Positions 1-7,576 of a stretch of 34,917 nucleotides of DNA are shown here, in pieces (within the stretch, counting starts at the first letter, position 1; every line of letters starts with the position of its first letter). The position numbers and the translations under genes are program-made. Below the pieces are notes generated by a model that worked only from the letters and a program-made list of their open reading frames with translations, ran no database searches and was not told the DNA's origin. The DNA comes from a virus (Duplodnaviria; Heunggongvirae; Uroviricota; Caudoviricetes). The stretch spans positions 1-34,917 of the IMG/VR virus record IMGVR_UViG_2541047813_000003. The stretch is one strand, 5' to 3'.

Positions 1-1143
1 CTATGCTGTTTTGATATCTACGATAATCCAGTCTTTACCACGATCATCATTGTATCGGTCGGTCATTTTTCTGGATTTATGACCTAACAACTTTTGCGTA
101 TCCAGACCCTGTTCCCGATATAACCGTTCTGACAGAGATCGCTGCTCATGAAATGTGGGCGCAGTTCCTGGCTCCCATTTTATGCCACATTTTTCCCTGG
201 CCTTTTTAAAAGCCGTTGTAAGAGTATTTGCAGAAACCTGGTCTCCTCTGTTTGCTTGAGAGGTAGTGTGACGGTAATGGACCAGATATTTACTAACAAC
301 AGCATCCCTGCACTGAGATATAACTTCACGAAGGGTAATATTCAGAGCATCGCATTTCAGGCTAAGCGGAATAGCAAGTTTTGAACCGGTTTTTTCCTGA
401 GTAATGTGCAACATGTCGTCCCATATATCAGAGAATTTCAAATTGCAGATATCGCCTAAACGTTGTCCAGTAACAAGAGCAAGTAGCATGCCGCATTTTA
501 AATAGGGCTGCCGTCTGCTTACGCTTTCAAATATTGCCTGCCATTCGGGCAGTGATAATCTTTGGCGGTTTACTCGATTTCGCGGTTGTTTTGTTGCCTG
601 CGCTGGGTTAAATCCTGGCGGAACATGTCCTGCGTGTTGTGCTTCTTTGAAGACGTCGATCAACACCATTCTCACGACTTGCGCCATCCTGTTATGACCT
701 TCAGCCTTTACAGCATCAATTATTTCGGCAATATCAAGTGCGGTAATATCCTTGAGGTGTTGCATTCCACAATGCTCACGGAAAAGACGAATGGGTTTAC
801 CTTTTTGCCGATAGGAGTTGGGTTTTAGTTCATTATGTTGCAGCCTGTCCTCCTGGATAGAAATATATTTATCAAGCCATTCTGTCACCGTAATGTCTGA
901 ACGCCTGCCTTTCATTCTTTCTAGACGCTCATTGACGCTTAATATTTGTCGGGTACGTTGTTCAGCAATAATGGTATTTGCTTCAGTAGCAACTTGTTTT
1001 GCTTCATTCTCATCAGTTCCTAAGCTATGAAAACGACCGGATAGTGGATGTTTGTATTGCCAATATACCTTTCCGGTTCGCTTATCTAATTTGCAATATA
1101 AATTGGGTATAGAGATTTTGTGAGATCGGGGTCTAGCAGCCAT
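1..1143 (-). CDS. int: Tyrosine site-specific integrase (lambda Int family)
   Basis: 380-aa ORF; ATG at 1143, stop at 1-3; C-terminal catalytic region with the LGHKS...DRY tyrosine-recombinase signature; start overlaps the xis end, as in lambda. Confidence 0.9.
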   Translation of the reverse strand: MAARPRSHKISIPNLYCKLDKRTGKVYWQYKHPLSGRFHSLGTDENEAKQVATEANTIIAEQRTRQILSVNERLERMKGRRSDITVTEWLDKYISIQEDRLQHNELKPNSYRQKGKPIRLFREHCGMQHLKDITALDIAEIIDAVKAEGHNRMAQVVRMVLIDVFKEAQHAGHVPPGFNPAQATKQPRNRVNRQRLSLPEWQAIFESVSRRQPYLKCGMLLALVTGQRLGDICNLKFSDIWDDMLHITQEKTGSKLAIPLSLKCDALNITLREVISQCRDAVVSKYLVHYRHTTSQANRGDQVSANTLTTAFKKAREKCGIKWEPGTAPTFHEQRSLSERLYREQGLDTQKLLGHKSRKMTDRYNDDRGKDWIIVDIKTA

Positions 1144-1369
1144 CAGCGATTATCCGTTGGAGTTTTGGGTTTGCGTTTATTGGGAGTTGCGGTTCTGCAA
1201 GCGTTCCTACAAAACGGGAATTTCGGTCAATCATCCAGTAGCGACCAACTTTTATAGCGGGTGGGGCCATCATTTTCCCTTGCGCGTATTTTTTCAGAAC
1301 TCGCTCACTTGGTGCTAAGTCCCCAAATTCTTCTTTAGCCCAGTCCTGTAAAGTGATTAGTCGAGACAT
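1133..1369 (-). CDS. xis: Excisionase (Xis-like)
   Basis: 78-aa ORF directly upstream of and overlapping int; ATG at 1369 preceded by GAGGAGGACA RBS; small basic protein in the lambda Xis position. Confidence 0.8.
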   Translation of the reverse strand: MSRLITLQDWAKEEFGDLAPSERVLKKYAQGKMMAPPAIKVGRYWMIDRNSRFVGTLAEPQLPINANPKLQRIIADGC

Positions 1370-1508
1370 TTGTCCTCCTCTTAGCTGCTGAGGGAGTTTG
1401 TGACCGATATATCTGACATGATATTAAGCTCATGGCAGGTACATCTCTTGACTGGTCATAGAGATAAATTTAATGCTGAGAAATGCAGTATTGAATTTAT
1501 CAATTTTT

Positions 1509-1748
1509 CTATTTCCTGCGTATGGCACGTAACTTCTTAATGTGTTCTGCTGTATCGATCTCTTCGGCTATCCGATCTGCATCAGCTTTATTCACAGGTT
1601 CAAAGTCATGATTAAAGCGGAACATGCTGGCGATACATGTTCTGCCTTTTTGGATGTAGTGAACTTTGTTGTGGGTAGAACGCAGGATTTTGCAGGGAGT
1701 GCCGTGGTGGTCGACGTACCAGGTGTTAGGAAAAATGATTCTGAACAT
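1509..1748 (-). CDS. Hypothetical small protein (79 aa)
   Basis: ATG at 1748 with GAGGTG RBS about 6 nt upstream; no family recognised. Confidence 0.5.
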   Translation of the reverse strand: MFRIIFPNTWYVDHHGTPCKILRSTHNKVHYIQKGRTCIASMFRFNHDFEPVNKADADRIAEEIDTAEHIKKLRAIRRK

Positions 1749-1795
1749 TTTTACACCTCAGTTGGACGATGTTGAAATTTGCTGCTTTGAGGCCA

Positions 1796-2014
1796 TTACA
1801 ATCCCCATTGTTTGTTCTTAAGTTCGATCTCCTCCTGGCAACTTGCACAAGTCCGACAACCCTGAACGGCCAGGCGTCTTCGCTCATCTATGGGATCGCC
1901 ACACTCACAACAATGAGTGGCAGATATAGCCTGGTGGTTCAGGCGGCGCATTTTTATTGCTGTGTTGCGCTGTAATTCTTCAATTTCTGATGCTGAATCA
2001 ATGATGTCTGCCAT
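1796..2014 (-). CDS. TraR/DksA-family C4-type zinc-finger protein
   Basis: 72 aa with CxxC...CxxC (CCECGDPIDERR...CRTCASCQ), matching the TraR/DksA zinc-finger pattern found in F plasmid TraR and small lambdoid phage ORFs. Confidence 0.7.
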   Translation of the reverse strand: MADIIDSASEIEELQRNTAIKMRRLNHQAISATHCCECGDPIDERRRLAVQGCRTCASCQEEIELKNKQWGL

Positions 2015-2112
2015 CTTCCATTAATCCCTGAATTGTTGGTTAATACGCTTGAGGGTGAATGCGAATAATAGAAAAGGAGCCTGTAGCTCCCTGATGATTT
2101 TGCTTTTCATGT

Positions 2113-2328
2113 TCACCGTTCCTTAAAAACGCCGTTTAACATGCCGATCGCTAGGCTTAAATGAGTCGGTGTGAATCCCATCAGCGTTACCGTTTCGCGG
2201 TGCTTCTTCAGTACGCTACGGCAAATGTCATCGACGTTTTTATCCGGAAACTGCTGTCTGGCTTTTTTGATTTCACAATTAGCCTGACGGGCAATGCTGC
2301 GAAGGGCGTTATTATGTTCTATTGTCAT
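2113..2328 (-). CDS. Hypothetical protein (about 71 aa)
   Basis: Internal ATG at 2328 with GAGG RBS; starts 8 nt after the stop of the upstream TGT-like gene. The longer 117-aa ORF-track version would overlap that gene. Confidence 0.45.
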   Translation of the reverse strand: MTIEHNNALRSIARQANCEIKKARQQFPDKNVDDICRSVLKKHRETVTLMGFTPTHLSLAIGMLNGVFKER

Positions 2329-2335
2329 ATTGGCC

Positions 2336-3088
2336 TCACACTTCGAATGCCAACTGAGGGGTAAAGACGTCCCGTTCAGCGTTGTAATTAAGTGAACTGG
2401 CACTGTTGAATGATTCAATGCGTTCCACAAGAACTTGCGTACGGGTTTCTTTACTTGCGGGAGCATATGGCGAACCTACCCAGGATTTGTCGATGCCTAT
2501 ATTTCTTGCGACGTTCGTGCTGTCTGCAGACGAAAGCGGTACATGAGTAAAAATGTCTTTATTTAACATCCGTAACCCATGAATCTTGGTGATTGGGTAG
2601 CCGTACTGATCTACAACATGACGTATAAGATCGCGTAGTTTAGCCCGACACGCTCTCGGTCGTTTTGCATCGTATTCCCCCATCGAGCCGATGCAGACGC
2701 GGGGAAACTCATGGCACAGACGAATAAATCGCTCATCTGGTTCGTTCATGTGCCACACCGGAGCACCAATAAATTTACCGTGAGGCCATGCCGCAATCAG
2801 GGCGTCATTCTCTTCACTGGTTCCGCCGATAACATCCGGGATAACCGCGAATGAGAAACGAGGGTGATTACCCCAGCGTTCAACAAATCTGTAATATTCA
2901 TTCCAGTCTACGGCCTTGTTTTTTGTCCAGAATGTGAATGCACCATTATCAAGAGCAAATGATTGGGTGACTTCGGAAGCCAGATCAATCTGAGCTGGAT
3001 TAGCAAAACTGATGAATGCGTGTCTGCCTTTCCAGGCTTTCAACGCACAGGTATCGGGAGTTATTGGACCACCGTGAAAATGAATCAT
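2336..3088 (-). CDS. TGT-fold protein, DpdA-like (putative 7-deazaguanine DNA transglycosylase); assignment tentative
   Basis: 250 aa. Motifs in conserved order resembling tRNA-guanine transglycosylase as I recall it: ALDNGAFTF (cf. Tgt LTDSGGFQV), VIPDVIGG, CIGSMGEY, SADSTNVARNIG (cf. Tgt FDCVMPTRNARNG). No Zn-binding CxCxxC...H, as in phage DpdA. Start ATG overlaps the stop of the upstream small ORF (ATGA). Confidence 0.6.
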   Translation of the reverse strand: MIHFHGGPITPDTCALKAWKGRHAFISFANPAQIDLASEVTQSFALDNGAFTFWTKNKAVDWNEYYRFVERWGNHPRFSFAVIPDVIGGTSEENDALIAAWPHGKFIGAPVWHMNEPDERFIRLCHEFPRVCIGSMGEYDAKRPRACRAKLRDLIRHVVDQYGYPITKIHGLRMLNKDIFTHVPLSSADSTNVARNIGIDKSWVGSPYAPASKETRTQVLVERIESFNSASSLNYNAERDVFTPQLAFEV

Positions 3089-3249
3089 ACACTCTCCCGT
3101 TTATTATTTATCTCCTCAGCCAGTCGCTGGGCTTTCAGCGGATTTCGGATAACAGAAGGCCCGGGAAATACCCAGCCTCGCTTTGTAACGGAGTAGACGA
3201 AAGTGATCGCACCTACCCGGATATTATCGTGAGGATGCTTCATCGCCAT
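3085..3249 (-). CDS. Small ORF translationally coupled to exo (lambda orf60a-like)
   Basis: [33 protein letters not shown]...; ATG at 3243 overlaps the exo stop (ATGA), with an alternative in-frame ATG at 3249; stop overlaps the start of the TGT-like gene. Below the ORF-track size cutoff, found by manual translation. Confidence 0.45.
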   Translation of the reverse strand: MAMKHPHDNIRVGAITFVYSVTKRGWVFPGPSVIRNPLKAQRLAEEINNKRESV

Positions 3250-3920
3250 TGCTCCCCAAATACAAAACCAATTTCAGCCAGTGCCTCGTCCATTTTTTCG
3301 ATGAACTCCGGCACCATCTCGTCAAAACTCGCCATGTACTTTTCATCCCGCTCAACCACGACATAATGCAGTCCTTCACGCTTCATACGCGGGTCATAGT
3401 TGGCAAAGTACCAGGCATCTTTTCGCGTCACCCACATGCTGTACTGCACCTGGGCCATGTAAGCTGACTTTATGGCCTCGAAACCACCGAGCCGGAACTT
3501 CATGAAATCCCGGGAGGTAAACGGGCATTTCAGTTCAAGGCCGTTGCCGTCACTGCATAAACCATCTGGAGAGCAGGCGGTACGCATACTTTCGTCGCGA
3601 TAGATGATCGGTGATTCAGTAACATTCACGCCGGAAGTGAACTCAAACAGGGCTCTGGCGTCGTTCTCGTACTGTTTTCCCCAGGCCAGCGCTTTAGCGT
3701 TAACTTCCGGAGCCACACCGGTGCAAACCTCAGCAAGCAGGGTGTGGAAGTAGGACATTTTCATGTCAGGCCACTTTTTTCCGGAGCGGGGTTTTGCTAT
3801 TACGTTATGAACTTCTGAAGCTGTGATGACGCCGAGCCGTAATTTGTGCCACGCATCATCCCCCTGTTCGACAGCTCTCACGTCGATCCCGGTACGCTGC
3901 AGGATAATGTCCGGTGTCAT
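3240..3920 (-). CDS. exo: Lambda exonuclease (Red alpha)
   Basis: 226-aa translation essentially identical to phage lambda Exo as I remember it; overlaps the bet stop. Confidence 0.95.
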   Translation of the reverse strand: MTPDIILQRTGIDVRAVEQGDDAWHKLRLGVITASEVHNVIAKPRSGKKWPDMKMSYFHTLLAEVCTGVAPEVNAKALAWGKQYENDARALFEFTSGVNVTESPIIYRDESMRTACSPDGLCSDGNGLELKCPFTSRDFMKFRLGGFEAIKSAYMAQVQYSMWVTRKDAWYFANYDPRMKREGLHYVVVERDEKYMASFDEMVPEFIEKMDEALAEIGFVFGEQWR

Positions 3921-4702
3921 GCTGCCACCTTCTGCTCTGCGGCTTTCTGTTTCAGGAATCCAAGAGCTTTTACTGCTTCGGCCTGTGTCAGTTCTGACGA
4001 TGCGCGAATGTCGCGGCGAAATATCTGGGAACAGAGCGGCAATAAGTCGTCATCCCATGTTTTATCCAGGGCGATCAGCAGAGTGTTAATCTCCTGCATG
4101 CTTTCATCGTTAACCGGAGTGATGTCGCGTTCCGGCTGACGTTCTGCAGTGTATGCGGTATTTTCGACAATGCGCTCGGCTTCATCCTTGTCATAGATAC
4201 CAGCAAATCCGAAGGCCAGACGGGCACACTGAATCATAGCTTTATGCCGTAACATTCGTTTGGGATGCGACTGCCACGGTCCCGTGATTTCTCTGCCTTC
4301 GCGGGTTTTGAATGGTTCGCGGCGGCATTCATCCATCCACTCGGTAACGCAGATCGGATGATTACGGTCCTTGCGGTAAATCCGGCATGTACATGATTCA
4401 TTGTCCTGCTCAAAGTCCATGCCATCAAACTGCTGGTTTTCATTAATGATGCGGGACCAGCCATCAACGCCCACCACAGGAACGATGCCGTTCTGCTTAT
4501 CAGGGAAGGCGTAAATTTCTTTCGTCCACGGATTAAGGCCGTACTGGTTGGCGACGATCAGCAATGCGATGAACTGCGCATCGCTGGCATCACCTTTAAA
4601 TGCCGTCTGACGAAGAGTGGTGATCAGTTCCTGTGGGTCGACAGAATCCATGCCGACACGTTCAGCCAGCTTCCCGGCTAGCGTTGCGAGTGCTGTACTC
4701 AT
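3917..4702 (-). CDS. bet: Red beta single-strand annealing protein
   Basis: 261-aa translation essentially identical to lambda Bet ([37 protein letters not shown]...). Confidence 0.95.
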   Translation of the reverse strand: MSTALATLAGKLAERVGMDSVDPQELITTLRQTAFKGDASDAQFIALLIVANQYGLNPWTKEIYAFPDKQNGIVPVVGVDGWSRIINENQQFDGMDFEQDNESCTCRIYRKDRNHPICVTEWMDECRREPFKTREGREITGPWQSHPKRMLRHKAMIQCARLAFGFAGIYDKDEAERIVENTAYTAERQPERDITPVNDESMQEINTLLIALDKTWDDDLLPLCSQIFRRDIRASSELTQAEAVKALGFLKQKAAEQKVAA

Positions 4703-4707
4703 CCGTT

Positions 4708-5004
4708 TTATACCTCTGAATCAATATCAACATGGTGGTGAGCAATGGTTTCAACCATGTACCGGATGTGTTCTGCCATGCGCTCCTGAAACTCAACATC
4801 GTCATCAAACGCACGGGTAATGGCTTTTTTGCTGGCCCCGCAGCGTTGCAAATGATCGATGCAGAGTGATTCAAACAGGTGCTGTGGAAGACCTTTTTCC
4901 ATGTCGTCTGCCAGTTCTGCCTCTTTCTCTTCACGGGCGATCTGCTGGTAGTGACGCGCCCAGCTTTGAGCCTCAAGACGATCCTGAATGTAATAAGCGT
5001 TCAT
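4708..5004 (-). CDS. gam: Gam, RecBCD inhibitor (short 98-aa form)
   Basis: 98-aa translation matches lambda Gam ([34 protein letters not shown]...). An in-frame TAA lies upstream of the ATG, so no long N-terminal extension is encoded. Confidence 0.9.
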   Translation of the reverse strand: MNAYYIQDRLEAQSWARHYQQIAREEKEAELADDMEKGLPQHLFESLCIDHLQRCGASKKAITRAFDDDVEFQERMAEHIRYMVETIAHHHVDIDSEV

Positions 5005-5079
5005 GGCTGAACTCCTGAAAATGGCTGTGAAAATATCGCCCGCGAAATGCCGGGCTGATTAGGAAAACAGGAAAGGGGA

Positions 5080-5370
5080 TTAGTGATTCAGGCCGTTGCC
5101 GCGCCCGTCGAGAAAAACTTCCACGAGCAAATCACGGGTATAAGTGCGCTCGATGCCGCGATGCAGATAAAGCCGTCCGCGTAAATTAGCTGATGCAGTC
5201 CAGGTACCATCTTTGTGTTTGACCAGCATTCCTGGCATGACCGCACCTCGATTAACGGTCTGCGTTCCGTAATGTTGATGAACCATAAAAACTCCTGCCC
5301 GTAAGCTGGGCTGCTGAACATATAGAGACTTCTGCGCGTATTCAGGCGGTGGATGGCCGCCGGTTGTCAT
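5080..5370 (-). CDS. Hypothetical protein, first gene downstream of predicted pL (lambda N/kil position)
   Basis: 96 aa from the ATG at 5370 (GAGGCGG RBS about 8 nt upstream). The ORF track extends the frame to a TTG at 5490, adding an arginine-rich stretch (RLREVRGVKRTRERR). Function unknown. Confidence 0.4.
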   Translation of the reverse strand: MTTGGHPPPEYAQKSLYVQQPSLRAGVFMVHQHYGTQTVNRGAVMPGMLVKHKDGTWTASANLRGRLYLHRGIERTYTRDLLVEVFLDGRGNGLNH

Positions 5371-5508
5371 AACTAAGCCGCCTCGTTGAAACGACTGAGG
5401 TATGAAGTGTTGAGTTGATTTCAGCTGGTCACACCGACGTTCACGCGTCCGCTTCACCCCTCGCACTTCCCGAAGCCTGCTGAAATTCAAGCTGCGGACC
5501 TAAGCGGT

Positions 5509-5558
5509 CATCGCAACGGTGAATCAGGTGGTTGCCGTATCGTTGTGTTGTTGCGATG
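5509..5558 (-). promoter_or_regulatory. Stem-loop at the 5' end of the predicted pL transcript
   Basis: On the minus strand CAUCGCAAC ...32 nt... GUUGCGAUG (9-bp perfect inverted repeat), beginning at about +1 of the predicted pL transcript; no U-tract follows, so not a terminator. Confidence 0.3.
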
Positions 5559-5563
5559 AATTT

Positions 5564-5592
5564 ATTTAAAACTATAGTTGTTTTGTTGTCAA
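5564..5592 (-). promoter_or_regulatory. Predicted leftward early promoter pL
   Basis: Minus strand TTGACA (plus 5587-5592), 17-bp spacer, TTAAAT (plus 5564-5569); sits between the repressor-operon terminator and the leftward early genes. Confidence 0.5.
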
Positions 5593-5600
5593 CAACAAAA
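5581..5600. promoter_or_regulatory. Candidate oL operator palindrome overlapping pL -35
   Basis: TTTTGTTG-TCAA-CAACAAAA, 8-bp perfect inverted-repeat arms; further GTTGTT copies across 5577-5640; related to the palindrome at pR. Confidence 0.4.
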
Positions 5601-5729
5601 GTTGTTTTATTGGTTGTTTTAGATGTAACTGGTTGTATTTAGGATGGGTTTATTTTGTGACTTGCATCGCATAGCGATAACTGAAGGGAGATTGTGGTGG
5701 TTTTTTGAACGGTATACGTGATGAGGGGA

Positions 5730-5762
5730 GGGGATAAAAGAAAACCCGGCACGGTGGCCGGG
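5730..5762 (-). terminator. Intrinsic terminator ending the repressor operon
   Basis: Minus-strand hairpin CCCGGC-CACCGU-GCCGGG followed by UUUUCUUUUAU, starting 6 nt after the stop of the 5768-6709 gene. Confidence 0.6.
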
Positions 5763-5767
5763 TATCT

Positions 5768-6709
5768 TTATTCGAATGGAAGATCTATTTGCCTTTGAGG
5801 ATTCAACTGTTTTTTTACATGCTCAATTTCGAATATGGTTTTTATGGCATCTCCGATCATATATTGAGTTACTTTTAAATCTACAAGTAACATATCACCT
5901 TTAGAAAAATTTAAGGTGTTGTTATCAATATCGCTGATGAATTTCTGGTCTTTTATTTCAGCCAAAAAGCTACTGGCACCATCAGAAAACCGCCACCGGC
6001 TTCCTTCATTGAAGGAAATATTTTTAATTTGAAGGGCTTTCTCTACTGTGTACTCTGAAATTATTGATTCTGCTGGTAGATTGACTTTGAAATAATGTGC
6101 TTCTTGCTTGTTGATCGTCATGAATGTCAAACCATCATCGACAGTAGAGGCAAAGCTGTCAATGCCTTCCTGCTCTAATGGCTTACTTATAACTTCTTGT
6201 AATGAAGAGCGAAGTTTAATATTTTTATAAAGTTCAATAACGTTACTGTCGTAGATCTCGCTTTCGTCATCAACAAAGACTTCGATGTTGCTATCAGGCA
6301 AATTGTGTAATTTTTTTATTTTCCTTGGACCTATCCATTTTATCAGTTGAATTAGGCCTTTGCATATTTTTTCTTTAGAACCAGGACAGAGTCCAATAAA
6401 AGCAATCAAATTCGCAGCGGCTGTTGCTGAATCGCCGGATAAAAAATCAACAGCCTGTTTGAACCAAGATGTAGATGAGGCAACCAGATCTATTCCAAAT
6501 GAGCCAGCTTTAAATGATGCATTGACTTTTACAGAAACAACAGTCTTGTTTCCGTAGAGAGTTTTACCGGCTTCCTCTAATGCATCTGATAGTGATAGAA
6601 GGGCAGGAGCAAGGTCTCGCACGTTCATTTCATGCGTTTCCAGTGCCGGACCGTCGTATACTATCCTGAACTTCATATCATTGGTTTCCGAATTGTTGCC
6701 CGCATCCAT
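5768..6709 (-). CDS. Uncharacterized protein (about 313 aa) in the rexAB-equivalent slot, co-oriented with cI
   Basis: ORF 5768-6721 (GTG at 6721); first ATG at 6709 with AGGTGA RBS, alternative ATG at 6676. AT-rich relative to flanks. No recognisable catalytic or membrane motif; the sequence does not remind me of RexA/RexB. Confidence 0.75.
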   Translation of the reverse strand: MDAGNNSETNDMKFRIVYDGPALETHEMNVRDLAPALLSLSDALEEAGKTLYGNKTVVSVKVNASFKAGSFGIDLVASSTSWFKQAVDFLSGDSATAAANLIAFIGLCPGSKEKICKGLIQLIKWIGPRKIKKLHNLPDSNIEVFVDDESEIYDSNVIELYKNIKLRSSLQEVISKPLEQEGIDSFASTVDDGLTFMTINKQEAHYFKVNLPAESIISEYTVEKALQIKNISFNEGSRWRFSDGASSFLAEIKDQKFISDIDNNTLNFSKGDMLLVDLKVTQYMIGDAIKTIFEIEHVKKQLNPQRQIDLPFE

Positions 6710-6782
6710 TATGGCATTCACCTGATCACATATACAGTTAATTTACGATATTGTCTTAAATCTTAAAACTTCTATTGTATGG

Positions 6783-7472
6783 CTACCCATGCTTCCTATA
6801 CGTCTGCGGCATGCTCCCAATAACCTTACCGAAGATGAACACCCGGTTCATCTCGTCTTTCTCGATCGGGTCCCAAGGTGAGTAGCTCTTGTTATCAGAG
6901 ATAACCAGCAGCTTATCCTTCATCATTTGCAGACGCTTTACATGGGCTGTGTCGTCGTACAGAAACGCATAGATACCATCACCGTCGAAAGATTTAACCG
7001 TGATATCAACGAACAGCAGATCACCTGGTTCGATCGTTCCTGACATGCTGTCACCGCGTACGTTAATGATACGGATATTTTCCGCCTTCCTGCCATCGAA
7101 CATGTGACGAGCATCGTCAAACGAATACTCAACCGAACGTAGAACTTCTACAAACTCACGGTTGATGACTCCCGGCCCGGCACTCACTTCGATATCAAGA
7201 ACGTCAATCTTAAAGTATTTGGAATGGCTGACAGTTGTTTGTATTGGTTGCACTGTACTGTCTGACATATTTCCAACGCCAGAAGATAACCATTCTGCGC
7301 GCACACCCAAAGCGTTCGCGATCTCCACGATTTTAGTTGTTTGGTTAGCTTTCCCTGTTTCGATTTTCTGAATAGCTGCTTGGCTAACCCCGACCAAATC
7401 CCCAAGCGCCTTTTGTGTAAGGCCTCGCGCTAATCTGGCTTCTTTAAGTCTTTCTGAGAGTGTTGTTTTCAT
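6783..7472 (-). CDS. Prophage repressor (CI-type; N-terminal HTH plus C-terminal S24 LexA-like peptidase domain)
   Basis: 229 aa from the ATG at 7472: HTH (LTQKALGDLVGVSQAAIQKIE), Ala-Gly cleavage site (EVSAGPG), catalytic Ser (GDSMSGT) and Lys (VKRLQ). No SD before the ATG, and pRM -10 is 6 nt upstream, so the mRNA is probably leaderless as for lambda cI. Confidence 0.85.
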   Translation of the reverse strand: MKTTLSERLKEARLARGLTQKALGDLVGVSQAAIQKIETGKANQTTKIVEIANALGVRAEWLSSGVGNMSDSTVQPIQTTVSHSKYFKIDVLDIEVSAGPGVINREFVEVLRSVEYSFDDARHMFDGRKAENIRIINVRGDSMSGTIEPGDLLFVDITVKSFDGDGIYAFLYDDTAHVKRLQMMKDKLLVISDNKSYSPWDPIEKDEMNRVFIFGKVIGSMPQTYRKHG

Positions 7473-7478
7473 AGTCCA

Positions 7479-7507
7479 AATGTACAACCAAGGTTTTATT
7501 TCATCAA
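7479..7507 (-). promoter_or_regulatory. Predicted repressor maintenance promoter (pRM-like)
   Basis: Minus strand TTGATG (plus 7502-7507), 17-bp spacer, TACATT (plus 7479-7484), ending 6 nt before the cI ATG. Confidence 0.45.
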
Positions 7508-7514
7508 ACGAAAA

Positions 7515-7537
7515 TGGTTGTTGACTAAAAACAACCA
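7515..7537. promoter_or_regulatory. Candidate oR operator palindrome overlapping pR -35
   Basis: TGGTTGTT-GACTAAA-AACAACCA (8-bp perfect inverted arms); an adjacent 10-bp palindrome AACCATGGTT (7532-7541) and AACCAAGGTT (7487-7496) share the same half-site. Confidence 0.45.
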
Positions 7538-7549
7538 TGGTTTTAATCT
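7521..7549 (+). promoter_or_regulatory. Predicted rightward early promoter pR
   Basis: TTGACT (7521-7526), 17-bp spacer, TAATCT (7544-7549); followed by a GGAGG RBS and the cro-like ATG at 7577. Confidence 0.55.
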
Positions 7550-7576
7550 TGATTCAAATTAACCACGGAGGTTGTT

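Noticed and set aside
5768-6721. Possibility that the 317-aa ORF is a RexA or RexB homolog
   Set aside because: It is a single gene rather than a pair, has no RexB-like multi-pass hydrophobic profile, and its sequence does not resemble RexA as I recall it; treated as unassigned.
7473-7538. Longer 251-aa version of the repressor ORF starting at 7538
   Set aside because: The extension would be translated from sequence containing the pRM -10/-35 and the pR operator palindrome; the internal ATG at 7472 sits exactly 6-7 nt downstream of a -10, consistent with a leaderless cI-type mRNA.
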